Of a stretch of DNA of 64,000 nucleotides, positions 45,911 through 60,710 are shown one piece after another. The notes under the pieces were generated by a model. That model was not told the DNA's origin. It saw only the letters and a program-made list of their open reading frames with translations, and searched no databases. The DNA is from the human T2T-CHM13v2.0 reference genome, Homo sapiens. The translations under genes were made by a program, and so were the position numbers. The stretch is from NCBI RefSeq assembly GCF_009914755.1, contig NC_060925.1. One strand, given 5' to 3'. How positions within the stretch are numbered: position 1 is the first letter of the stretch; every line of letters starts with the position of its first letter.

Positions 45911-46870
45911 TTTATTTAAATTGTACTAATATTACACATAACAATATTTACCATTTTAACCACTTTGAAATTTACAGCTCATGGCTTTTAGTACATAAAC
46001 ACTATTTTGCAACCATCACAACCATCTAGTTTCAGAATATTTTGATCATGACCAAAAGAAATTCTGTACCCATTGAACCAGTTGCTCCTCATTTCCCCCT
46101 CCCCCAGTCCTTGGCTGCACTAATCTGCTTTCTATTTCTCTCTATATGAATTTGCTTAAGTTGATTGTTCATATGAATGAAATCATATAATATGTGGCCT
46201 TTGTGTTTGTCTTCTTCCACTCAGCATAATGTTTTCAAGGTTCATCTATGGTGTAGTATATGTCAGTACTTCATTCCTTTTTATGGCTGAATAATATTTA
46301 ATGTTATGGATTCACCATCTTTTGTGTATCTGTTTGTCTGTTGATGGACATTCGAGTTGTTTTCAGCTTTTGGCTATCGTGAATAGTTGTGATGTAGAGC
46401 AGGTGAGCCCCCAAATTGGGTCTTAGCGCAGGAGGGTTTTTGGCTCTGCCCAGGAAAGAATTCAAGGGTGAGTTGGTGATGTTAGACAGCAATTTTTACT
46501 GAAGTGGCAGTGCACAGCAGCAGCAGAAGTGTTGTTTCTTGTAGAGGAGGGCTACTCCACAGGCACTGTGCCCAGAGTAGCCCTGCTCTTCAAGGAGTGG
46601 TACCTCTGCTACTGCTATACACTGCCACTTCAATAAAAATTGCTGTCTAACACCACCAGCTCACCTTTGAATTATTTCCTGGGCAAAGCCAAAAATTATC
46701 CCATGCTAAGCCCCAATTTTGGGGTTCACCTGCCCTACATCAGCTGGGCTATGAACATTTTTGTACAAATTTTTGTTTGAACAGCTGTTTAAAATGCATT
46801 GGGTGTATGCCAGAGAGTATCATTATTGCTGGGTCATATGGTAATTCTTTGTTAAACTTATTAAGGAAGT
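45911..46870 (-). mobile_element. L1MB-type LINE 3' region interrupted by the palindromic LTR insertion
   Basis: tttaccattttaaccact...gcaaccatcacaaccatctagtttcagaatattttgatcat...tcagcataatgttttcaaggttcatc. It resumes after 46742 with gctatgaacatttttgtacaa. Confidence 0.88.
46390..46742. mobile_element. Palindromic element made of two inverted MER66-type (ERV1) LTR 3' ends
   Basis: Two 168-bp arms (46390-46557 and 46575-46742) are reverse complements at 140/168 positions with no gaps. TG...CA ends, AATAAA in the right arm, flanks gttg/gctg. The palindrome is read directly; the MER66 assignment is from memory of the consensus. Confidence 0.85.
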
Positions 46871-47347
46871 ATCTATTTTTCTAAGTGAGATTTCCAGGTT
46901 TTATAGTTACTGGTTTACATGCAGTTTGTGGAATTAGAAAAGGTTCTCAGGGCCTTTATTCCCTCTTTTTGAGAGATTTAGCAATATTCTGTTTGACATG
47001 AGAATTTCTAAAAATCCATTTATAATACTGACCAAAATTATAATCCTGTGAATAAATTTTTAGGAAAGATCTTATCTATGAGGGACTTTCTATATGCCCT
47101 ACATATCATTCCCATTTCACAAGGAGTTGTGCAATTGGAGCCCTGGCCTTGCTGCCTCAAGTTGGTCTCTGGCACCATGCAACGGGAAGAAGACCTCTGG
47201 GCTTTGTGAGCTGAACTTTGGCTCATGCTCATGTTCACCAAGCAGAAATGTTCTTTCCAATTTTTAGGTTTTTCAGGAGAAACTGAATATCTAAATTTTT
47301 ATATGATGATCTTCTATGTTTTTAATGCCGGCAACTCATTCACATTT

Positions 47348-47387
47348 AAACAAAACAAAACAAAACAAAACAAAACAAAACAAAACA
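47348..47387. repeat. (CAAAA)n pentanucleotide repeat
   Basis: About 7-8 units read directly. Confidence 0.95.
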
Positions 47388-47454
47388 CCATGGGCCAAGC
47401 AAAACAAGTCTGGGAGCTGAATTTGATGTGCAGGCCATTGATTTACTACTGCTT

Positions 47455-48672
47455 TCTTTTTCTTTCTTTCTTTTTTTTTTCTTCTAACTTTTGTTATAGG
47501 TTCAGATGGTACATGTGCAAGTTTGTTATCTGGGTATACTGCGTGACACTGAGGTTTGGAGTATGAATGAATCCATCTCCCAAGTAGGAAACATAGTACC
47601 CAGTAGGTAGTTTTTCAGCCCTTGCCCACCTGCTCTTCTTATATTTCCCAGTGTCTGTTGTTCTCACCTTTATGTCCATGTGTACTTGATGTTTAGCTCC
47701 CACTTGTAAGTGAGAACATGTAGTATTTGGGTTTCCATTTCTGCATTAGTTTGCTTAGAAAAATGGCCTCCAGCTGCATCTACGTTGCTTCAAAGCACAT
47801 GATTTCATTCTTTTTGATGGCTGCATAATTTTCCATCGTTATATGTAGCACATTTTCTTTATATAATCCAGAGTTGATGGGCACCTGGGTTGATTCAGTG
47901 TCTTTGTGAATAATGCAGTGATGAACATATGAGTGCACCTGCCTTTTTGGTAGAACAGTTTATTTTCCTTTGGGTATATACTCAGTTAAGGAATTTCTGG
48001 ATTTAATGGTAGTTCAACTTTTAGTTATTTGGGAAATCTCCAAACGGATCTACACAGTGGCTGGGTACATCCCCACCATCTGTGTATGAGTTCCCCTTTC
48101 TCTGCAGCCGTGCCAGCATCTGTTGCTTTTAGACTTTTTAACAAAGACCATTCTGAGCAGTGTGAAATGGTATCTCATTGTGGTTTTGATTTGCACATCT
48201 CTGATGATTAGTGATGATGAGCATTTCTTCATATGTTTGTTGGATACTTGTATTTCTTCCTTGAGAAGTGTCCTTTCATGTTCTTTGCCTACTTTTTAAT
48301 GGGGTTACTTGTTTTTCGCATGTTAATTTGTTTAAATTTTTTTTATAGATTCTGGATGTTTGGCCCTTGTCAGTTGCATAGTTTGCAGATACTTTCCCTT
48401 ATTCTGTAAGTTGTCTGTTGACTCCCTTGTTAGTTTCTCTTGGTGGCAGAAACTCTTTAGTTTAATTAGGTCTTACTTGTTAATTTTTGTTTTTGCTGGA
48501 TTTGATTTTGAGGACTTAGCGTAAATTCTTTGCCAAGGCCAACATCGAGAAGGGTATTTCCTAGGTTTTCTTTTAGGATCTTTGTAGTTTGAGATCTAAC
48601 ATTTAAGTCTTTAATCCATCTTGAGTTAATATTTATATATGATGATTGGTGGCGTTCAGTTTCATTCTTCTA
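47455..48672 (-). mobile_element. L1PA13-16-like LINE, 5'-truncated
   Basis: T-rich tail, 3'UTR gtacatgtgcaagtttgttatctgggtatactgcgtgacactgaggtttgg, and ORF2 remnant [22 protein letters not shown]. Confidence 0.92.
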
Positions 48673-49174
48673 GGTCTGATTGCTTTTTCTTTATGAGCGT
48701 ACCACCACTCAGATGATTACAATACAATAAAATCAATAATAGCTAATGCATTTATGCTAAATACTGTGTTCTGGCACTAGTGTAAACATTTAACACGTGT
48801 CAACTTAATTTAATTCTCATGACAATTCAGTGAGGTAGGTGTAATTTTATTGCCATTATTGCAATAGCACACTTTTCAGAGTACTTTGGTTATTTATTTA
48901 TGAACTTGATTTCCTTTATATGTTGAAAGTTCCTTGTGGGCATGAACCACGTTTTACTTACATTTATGACCTCAGAACTGAGTCCAGTGCCTAGGATATG
49001 TAGATATTCTCTAAATTTTGGTTAAGTGAATGAATGAATGGTATACTGCCCTGACTATAATTCTGGTCTGCCCTGCAATAGTAAGAATACTCACTAATAT
49101 TTAAGGCTTTCTGTGTGTTTGGGACAGTGCCAGGTACTTCTGAGAGATATTAATTTATTATTAAAGGCCACATT

Positions 49175-49957
<783 letters not shown>

Positions 49958-50574
49958 TAAAGCCTCTTTCTTTAATCACCATGTTGTGCAGCCCATCTCC
50001 TTATATACACTTTCCCCTTTTCTCCACCTATGTAGCATGTGCTTAATCTCTAGAATCGAGACAAAACTGGTTATTTCTCCCTTCTCCAACCCATTCTAGT
50101 GTTTACTGGGCAATTCGTCTTTTAAAAATCATGACAGCTTCCTCATTATCACTATCATAAATTGTACTTTAAATCTGTTCATAGATCTTAGATCTTGTCT
50201 TTTCATTTTTTTCTGCATCACAGCCTAGCACAAAACCTCATATGAAAAGCGCATAATACGTGAGAGGTTCTAGCAGGTGGGAAGAACCACTTTATCACCT
50301 TCATCAAAGAACACTCCTGTTCTCTTCAAGTGTGGGCCACTTAGAATTTTGGATGGATGAGCATAAAGGAGAGAAAGAGACCCAATCTAACCCCCACAAT
50401 CCACTCATCAATTCCCTTATTTATTCAGGAAATACATGTAGATATAATGAATAAACCCTGATGATAAAAAATGGGATGGATTTTGCCACCAGACAGCCTG
50501 CACATCTTTCTCTTATAGTGTATATTGATTCTCTTAAAACAGAATTAAAAATGAAAATGTATGCTCTGAACACA

Positions 50575-50610
50575 CTCTCTCACTGTCTCGGTTTCTGTCT
50601 CTCCCTGCTT

Positions 50611-50657
<47 letters not shown>

Positions 50658-50675
50658 GTCTCTTGGTCTCTCTCA
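50575..50675. repeat. (CT)n-rich polypyrimidine tract
   Basis: Pure (CT) run ~50615-50651 within a longer CT/CTGT-rich stretch. Confidence 0.95.
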
Positions 50676-50703
50676 ATTTCATTTAATGCTTTTTTATTTT
50701 CAG

Positions 50704-50724
50704 TGGACCCTGGGGAGTGGACAG
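50704..50724 (+). other. Candidate 21-nt cassette microexon
   Basis: tgcttttttattttcAG|TGGACCCTGGGGAGTGGACAG|GTattt. Length is a multiple of 3, no stop in any frame, with upstream UC repeats and a UGC. Confidence 0.4.
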
Positions 50725-51004
50725 GTATTTCTAGTTAAAATATAACTATTTATAGTTAAACTCCTGCTGATTGGGTCACAGTTACACTGGTGCCCTATTT
50801 GGTGACTTGAGGGAGCTTGAGGATTTGGACCCTTTATCTCTGTCATTTTGTATATCTGGCAGCCTACAGGTTACATGTGAAATATGCCACATGAACCTGC
50901 CAGTGCTTTAAGTTCCCAGCAGATATTCTGCAGAGTAGTAGCACATCGTTTTTGTAGTACATCTGTAATGCCATGTAATGCCACTCACCAAATTCCAGCA
51001 AATT

Positions 51005-51260
51005 AAAGAAACTTCAGAGAATTCACCACAAACTGATTAGAGAATAGAAAGAGTTATTTAGAGAAAAGATTAAAGGAGCTAATTAGCACAGCTTGATGGA
51101 GTGGGGACTAAAGGGAGAGCTAATGGCTCTTTGATATTATTTGAAGATACTAAATGTCAAGGAGGAAAAAATATTTTGTATAATGCAACAAAGTGCTATT
51201 AAGAGCAATGAGACAGAACTGAGAATGAAAGTATTAAAATGAAGTATGTGAGAACTCTAT
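51005..51260 (+). mobile_element. CR1/L3 LINE relic
   Basis: agaaaagattaaaggagctaatt...agcttgatggagtggggactaaagggagagctaatggctctttgatattatttgaag resembles the degenerate CR1 RLKEL...LRGDL...FKYL coding end. Confidence 0.55.
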
Positions 51261-52189
51261 TAAAATACAATTTGTTAAATTGTGAAGTAGTCTTTCCAAT
51301 TATGAGGTAGAAGATCTTCCTCAAAGAAATAAAAATACACATATAAATATATACTAACAAGCTTTAATGAAAATAATTTTAATACTTGTTGGACAGTTTA
51401 AATGGCCTGCTGTTTTAAACGTTTATTAATTTCAAATTTGAGCAATTATTTCATCCCAACAAAAGCCTGTTCTGTCCTCAGATATTTCTACATATCCTGA
51501 AAAACCCTAGGTCTCTAACTCTGTAAGAGAGGCTGAGAATACCAATATTTTAAAAATTATTCTTTAGGATTTCGTTTCATTGGCACATCTCTGAGAATAA
51601 TGGGAGCTATTGACCAGATTGACATTTCTGTGGTTTTGTGCCATGGCATTTTCCACTCCCAAGTGAGAAAGTTATTCCAGTTCATACAGAAAAAATTGTG
51701 TCAAAGTGTTACCAACCAAATTCCACAAATCACCATGACACTACCAATAGAACATGCCTGTAATGTAAGTTGTTGAAAACTGAGCAAATAAGATGCGTTG
51801 ACAAAACCAGTCAGTCTAAGAATATTGTTATCTTTTTACCAAGTGAAAAGATACTGCTTTATAACTTGAATTGTAGTATTGGGGAAAAAAGGGAAAAGAA
51901 GAGACTTCATTACATGAGTAAAATTCAAAACATAATTATTGAAAACATTAGCAAAGGTTTTACTGTTTGGATGTTATTGCAGAAATAGCCTGAGTTTATA
52001 ATAAAAATGATAGGAAGTCTATAGAAAACAAAGTGGGAAAAGCATGTCTTCGCCAGTGTGTCCCCAGGTGCTGAGGAGCCCCATCTTAGAGGCAACATCA
52101 AGGTGTCACCATGTGTTACAGGTACACTCTGGCCTTCTTATCACTTATTAGAGTGTTGGAGATTTTTATTTTGAAATATTAAATGTATT

Positions 52190-52452
52190 TTTCTTTTCTT
52201 CTTTGTTAACTTTTATTTTAGAATTGTGGGTCCATGTGCAGGATTGTCACAGAGGTATATTGTATAACGCTGAGGTTTGGGGTATGACTGAACCATCATC
52301 CTGGTTTTGAGCACAGTACCCAATAGGTAGTTTTTCAGCCCTTGCTCCTATCCCTCTCTCCACAACTAGTAGGCTCCAGTGTCTGCTGTTCCCATCTCTA
52401 TGTCCATGTGTATCCAATATTTAGCTCCCACTTGTAAGTGAGAACATGTTGT
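52190..52452 (-). mobile_element. L1PA13-16-like 3' stub
   Basis: Paralogous to 47480-47720 (tttagctcccacttgtaagtgagaacatg). Confidence 0.9.
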
Positions 52453-53257
52453 ATAAATGAGAAAGAGATCTCCCATCTTCCATTTGGTCCTTAGTCCAGA
52501 ACTTCTAAAACATTCTTCCATTTTTTGTGGTCTGACTTACTCACGGCTACTGCATCTTTTACAAAGCTTTCTCCATGGTCTTTTGCTCCATGTGAGGAAA
52601 TTCAATTTTAGTCTCTATTTCTTCCTTTTCCCCCATAAAAATTGCTGTTTGGTCATAAGAGATAAGGCATCTAACATTGGCATCAATTGAGATTAATTCA
52701 CCTACTGCATATGTCTCTTCTGTTATCAACGTTCTCCATTTCATTCAAAAACTTCAGTGCTAGGTCCTCTTCACTCGAATGTTAAGTCCCACCAGCCTTT
52801 GTCTGAGAATCTTACATAGATGATATTCCATGTCCCAAACATTCTGAGGTCTACACTTTCCACATAGAATTTCAACAAAATTCACCTTATAAAAGAAATT
52901 TAGTGAAAGTAAGTCTCTTTGAAGTAATGTTTAAAAAATCTCATTGAAATATATATTCTAATAACATCTATCTATACTGATTTCTCAAGTAGAATAAAGT
53001 GTATATAATAAATAAAGAAAATTCTATGTATGGAATTAGCAATTCAATTCTATATTGTTGATGATTCTAAAGGAAATTTCATGTTTTATCAGGAACCCTG
53101 GTAGCAATATGAACTAGTAGAAAGTGTCCAGCCTATAGTAGTAGTACTGGAGAGATTTGGTCAGTGTTGTAACAGTTTGCTCTGCACGACAGGTGGATAT
53201 ATAAAAGCCCATCTTTTCTTTACTATAAAACATTCTACACGGGAGTGAAAAGTAAAA

Positions 53258-53313
<56 letters not shown>
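53258..53313. repeat. (CT)7-8(TG)20 compound microsatellite
   Basis: Read directly. Confidence 0.97.
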
Positions 53314-53315
<2 letters not shown>

Positions 53316-53917
53316 CTATGAATACTCTGGATTTGCAAAAACACCACTTTGCCCATTAAAATAGCATGTACTCATTTCACAAGTCATCTAGTCTAACATG
53401 TCATCAGATTCCTGGAAAGGAAGCTTTTAGTGAAATACTCTTTAGATGGACTAATATATTTTATACAGTCTTATAATACAAAAGGAGAGTTGGAAGGGCA
53501 TATGCAGAAAGAAGTAAGAAAATAAAATCAGAGGAGCATTAAAACAAAGGAATATGATAGCATTCACTCCCATTCCCCAAATCCCAGCATTGATTAACCT
53601 GGTCCTCATTGCATACTTCATCAGGTGCTACTTTGCAGTCTTCTTTTACTATTGACTTTTATGCTTATTTTGCTTTTCACATCTACTGTCCTCTACTGGC
53701 TGAGAACAAGGAGCCTCCTTTGTTCTCTCTGGGCTCCTTGCTTATCCACAGTAGGAGAGCATTTTAAACCTAAGTGAATACCTACCTGTGGAATCGATAT
53801 GAAGATTAAATTCTTATGAAGTACAAGGTATAAAAAAGTTATCTGGTTTCCATTACTTCTGTTTCTCTTTTGACAGGACTTTCTCTTTTTCCAAGGCCCA
53901 TTCCCATTTCCTTGAGT

Positions 53918-54165
53918 AAGTGTATAGGCTCTGGCATCAGAAGACATGGGTTTGAATCTTGGCTCTGTCATTTTCTAGTTAAGTATCCTTGGGTAAATTG
54001 GCTCAATGTGTTGTGCCTCATTTTGTCAGTTTTAAATGGAGATAGTAATAGTATCTACTGTATAGGAATTTTGATAGGATTGAAATAATATATATATATA
54101 TATATACAGTGCTTATAAAGCGCTCAGTAGAAAGGCTCAATAAATAAATATTTGTGGTAGTCATT
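53918..54165 (+). mobile_element. MIR SINE with an internal (TA)n
   Basis: ggctctggcatcagaagacatgggtttgaatcttggctctgtca...gtgcctcattttgtcagttttaaatggagatagtaatagtatctac. Confidence 0.85.
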
Positions 54166-54399
54166 AATAATATATATTTATCCATTTGATTTGTTTTCCA
54201 AGAACAAAATTTAATTCATTATTCACTGATGAAATTTGCTTAAAAATATTATGAGTATCATGTAGGTTTGAAATACTATGCTAGGCATCTGTGAACAAGA
54301 CAGAAATTGTGGTTTTTCTGTATGAGTTCAGAATCTAGTGGGAGATAAAGACAAGCAGGAGGCAATGGGTAGGACAATTACTATGATTAGGCTTGACCT

Positions 54400-55460
54400 T
54401 TGACTCATTCATCCCTCCTCCATAGCCAATCACAAAATCCTCTCCAAAGAAAGAAATATTTTCTTCAAAGTATTTCAAAGTCTCTCCTTTGCAGTCTTCT
54501 GCCGCCTCCCTCATCCTGCAGTTTGTTGTTGCTTTGTGCCTATTACCACAACAGCCTTCTAGTTAGTGTCCATGCCTATAGTATTTTCTCCTTCATTCTC
54601 TGCCTGCGTGGCCACATTAATCTTCTTTAAACACTGCTTTCATCATGTCACTGCCCTGTTCAGTAACTTTAAATAGCTCGCTTGTGCCTCCTCTGTCAAG
54701 TCTGAAGCTATCTGCTAACTTATAAGACCACCCACCATCAGTCCCCAGCCTAACTATATAATCATTTTTTCCACTTCTCCTCACAGTATAGCAGGCATTC
54801 TAGTGAGCATGAAAACTGCATGCCAGGGACACTCAATCCTACCTCCAGACTTATCACTATTGTCATAGAAATGACTAACCTTTGAGTGCTTAAGGGGTGC
54901 TAGGTATTGTACTCGCTGTTTTCCACAGTTTATCTTTAATTTTTATAAAACCAAGATTCTTCATAGACCTTATTATCCTGATTTACAAATGAGGAAAAGT
55001 ATTCTGAGAGGGTCAGGAATCCAGGATCCAAATCCATGTCTGTTTCATCTCAAATTCCTCCTTCTTTTCACTGTACCTCCTCCATTCCATGCCGCTCATT
55101 TGACCCAGAATGTTTTTCTCCTCATTCTATCAATACAAAAACCTTAAATTATCTCCATAACCTAAGTGCTGGTTTAAGTTCTATCTGTTTTGGAAAATCA
55201 CTAACTCTTTGGAAAATCTGTAACTCTCCCTTCACTAATTTCCTTCATTGTTAAACTCCTGAAATGCTAACCATCAATATCACCTTGTTCCTAACCTTTA
55301 CACTTGTATCATATGGTATTATTCTGTATGTGCCAGTCTTCTTTCTTCAGCTACATTGTAGGTATATTAAGCATGAACACTCCATGTTATGTCATAATCT
55401 CTCAGATGAGTGGCAGTTTTTCTCAGCCTGAAGTGTATACATAATACACGCTTGTTGATA
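54400..55460 (+). mobile_element. L2 LINE fragments (interrupted by a MIR near 54870-55050)
   Basis: ctattaccacaacagccttctagttagtgtccatgcct...catcatgtcactgccctgttcagtaactttaaatagctc. Boundaries approximate. Confidence 0.65.
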
Positions 55461-56536
55461 GGATTATTTGTCATCCTCAGCCATTGAGTTATCTTATTTT
55501 CTTGGGTCCATGCGGTCAGTACAGAAAGGGTAAGCCTTAATTCAATTTAAAAAATTATACCTCTTACAAGAGAGATAGAAAATATAACAAGAGAGTACAT
55601 GTTGGGGTGAAAGAAAATAGAAAAATAAAAGTGGGGACAAAGTTGCTGGGAATGTGACTGAAAACATACAATATAATGCTGGAGGTAGGTCCTGTTTCCT
55701 ATCAGTCAAAGGTGAAAAAACAGGAGCCTTCTCTCTTACAAAATGTATTGTTCAGAAGATAAAACGCAAATCAATCGCTCATAAGCAGTAAATCTATATT
55801 TGGTATCAAGACCAGACAGAAATTTCTCCCCATGCGTTCTCATTAAGAGGAAATTGAGTAAAGTCATGAACACCCTTGCAAACATTATTACAGTATTAAC
55901 AATAAAGAGCTTCTTAGGAATCTTTCTTATAATGACCCTCAGTCTGGCCAATGACATCATAGCAACAAAGTGAAATACATTAAGAACAATTCCTCAGGTG
56001 GGGACCAGAGCAAACTCTGGTTTAGACCCCAAGAAACTCATCCAGTAGAAGGGCTGAGGGATCAACCCTCAAAGTAGGTGCTGTTCCAAATCAATGCTCT
56101 AGGGGTCTGGAAGCTCAGGTGTGGAAGTGAGGATCAGATATGGTAGGTCTGGCCTGCTTTTAGTCTTTTTTCAGGTATGTGATAGTATCTTCATTCTACT
56201 TGGTGATCTGTCTAGGTTTTAGTAGAAATTTAGACTGTGGCTAGCACTACAGTGGAAGGGATTCTCTCTGCTGGGAACAAGGCAGAGTCCCAAGCATTGG
56301 GCTGAAGTTACAGGCATAGTTCTTGTTTTGGTTGGAAACAGAGGTACTGATCAAGAAACCAAAGTGAACAGCCAGTCACATGCATAGAGTTAGGGCAGGG
56401 ATGGTGGGGGATGTGGGATTAGCTTGATGGACTTAGGGATGTGCTGGTTCACTCAGTTAGGATGCACCAAGTATCACGATTAGTAAGGATGGGGCTGGAA
56501 ATATACCTATGCCAGGCTCTGTTCTCATTGGCTCAG

Positions 56537-56700
56537 CAGTGGTCCCCAGTGTGTAGAACGGAATCGCCTGGGGATGCTTGTCAGCATGCACATCCCTGTG
56601 CCCTACCCAGGACCTCCTGAGTCAATGTCTTTGCAGGCAGCTGCGGGTTTAACAACCTCCCCAAGTGCTTCTGATGTAGACTAAAATTTGAGAACCATTG
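56537..56700. mobile_element. MER5A-family hAT MITE
   Basis: cagtggtcccca...gaatcgcctggggatgcttg...tttaacaacctccccaagtgcttctgatg...tttgagaaccattg. Confidence 0.8.
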
Positions 56701-58214
56701 AATTAGGGAGTAAGTGGATGAACCTACAGGTTTGAGATATAAGTATCTGTTCTTAGGCTGACTTGAAGCTAACATTGGACACAGAGCAATTTTAGTGGGA
56801 CTTAGAGGAATAGACACCATCAAATTTTTCATAAAGCATTGAATGATGAAATGGCTTGGAAGAAGTCATTGAGTTAAAAATGGAATTTTTATGACAGAAG
56901 TGCAAACAGGAAAATTTAAATGTCCTCTTAATAATGAGAGAAGGTGCACATTTAATGAATGGGGAAGTTTTAATATGAGCTAGCAGCACACCCTGCGTTT
57001 ACCTTCATGGAAAGCAGCTCTCAGAGCACCTGAGAAGTTTTATTTTGGGAGAAGGGAGATCTAGAGGGCCCACATGCAGCTAGGGAAATAATAACTTGAC
57101 AGCAGATGAAAACAAAATGATAGGTTGCTGTAGGAAACAGAGTGGCTGGGTACTCTGACTAGAATGTTTCCCTGGTTCTGAATACATTATAACTGCACCA
57201 GCACGAAGATCCAGGGCATGCAGTACATATTTCCCTTGGTCTTGACAGGTTATGGGGAATCATGACAAGCTTTGCCTTGTCAAAAAATAGATGTTTTGAC
57301 TGCAAGTTTGCGCACCTGTCTTTGATGATGAGGAGCTCATCCCACGCTGCTGCTTGTTGTGTTATTGTTTCATTTGTTTGTTGTGATTTAAAATGGAGAA
57401 AGAAAAGAATTGGGGAAAACGTTTGAACCAAAGCAATCAGATAACTTCAATAATAAAATGCTACCCAGGCTTTTGTGATAGGAAACCTATGCAATCCCAC
57501 TGCTAATTCTGTTCTCGCTATAGGGATTCATGGAGCCTATTTTATCAGCTCAGTGGGGTTCAATGTCTCTCCACTCCGATGGGAAAAAAGTGGAATTATC
57601 ACCAGGGTAATGAAAAACACCCCATCCCATGTTTATAGCATGTTTTATTAAAAGCATGTTGCTTTGGCCTCATATACCAATTGCAATATGTGAGTGTAAG
57701 ATGCCAGAATAGCTCTCAAGGGAAGCACTTTCCTTCGTGCTAATTTAAAATTCCTCGAAGAGCACGCAGTCAGGTGTGGTGTTAATATTTTGTATCTTTT
57801 CTACCTGAGATTTTCATAAAGGAGATGATAGGTGGAGTAGAGTAAAGGGTCAGCTGAGTTTTGGAGCCACCTGGCCAGGGCTGGGAATTTACTATGATTT
57901 GCTTTCACAACTATTCTTTACATTTCTGATAGCCCACACTCTCTTATTTTATGTCATAATCATTAGGGAATTTGAATGAGTGTTCCTATTATGATTAAGT
58001 AAATAACATTTTACTTATAATTTCTGTTAATAACCACATTTTACTTTGTATAAATTAATTTTCTATTATGCCAGTGGAATTTTCACATTTGACTCTTTGT
58101 TTCTGCGAACCTTAACCCAATGTTGATTTTTGCAAACTCCACCATTAGTTCCTTCCAATTAGCATTTCATTCTCCAGCTCATCTTTATCCTAATTCTTTC
58201 AAAACTTTAGGGCC

Positions 58215-59875
<1,661 letters not shown>

Positions 59876-60129
59876 GACTAATTATTGGTCTGCCTGAATC
59901 ATGAATTTACAATGCTATTAATATAACCTATTCGTACAGCTGCATTACATAGATGTCTCATTTACAGATTCTACTCTAATAATTCTTAAATATTTTTACA
60001 TTTTTTGCTACTGTGTCAGATCTACCCTATGCTATACTTGTATTTTTGCACCTTTTTAGACTAAGTGAAGTAGAAGCCTGTTAATTTATCTTTTTTCAAT
60101 GTCAATACTATTGAATATTCAACAAAGAA

Positions 60130-60525
60130 GTGGTCAGAACTTGGGCTTCAGAGCCTAGTAGTCATTGGGGCTTTTTTTCTCTTCTCCCGGACACAATGCC
60201 ATTATATCCCTCCTCTTCCCCCATCTCCAAGTAAGATTTAGCTACGTGACTAGCTTTTAGCTCTTGAAATGTGAGTAGACAGATCATGTCATTTCTAGGT
60301 AGAAACTTTAAGAGTTAGTTTGTGATTCATCACATCCTTTTTTTCTGCATCTGCAGCCTTGGAGATAGAAGCCCTACCAACAAGGGTTCCGAAGTGACTG
60401 TATTGAGCAGAGTTCTCCATATGACCCACATTAGACACGTAGTGAGAATGAGAAATAAAATGTACTGCACTAAGCCACTGAGATTGACATTGTTGTTATG
60501 AAAGCATAAGCTAGCCAGTCTGGTT
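60130..60525 (+). mobile_element. MLT1I/J-like MaLR solo LTR
   Basis: gaaatgtgagtagac...catttctaggtagaaactttaagag...gagaaataaaatgtactgcactaagccactgagatt...gcataagctagcc. Confidence 0.72.
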
Positions 60526-60534
60526 GGTAAAGAG

Positions 60535-60710
60535 GTAACTAGACATGGACTCAAGTCCTGGCTCTGTCACTAACTGACTAACTGTAAAAAAGTTACACAA
60601 CTTCTTAAAGCTCCAGTTTCTTCATTTTTGGAAATAATTATACTGAATTTGCCAAAACTCTGTGAGAATTAGAGACAAGGTATACAAAGTACCTTGTAAA
60701 CAATAGCCAT
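60535..60710 (+). mobile_element. MIR SINE
   Basis: agacatggactcaagtcctggctctgtcactaact...ctccagtttcttcatt. Confidence 0.7.
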
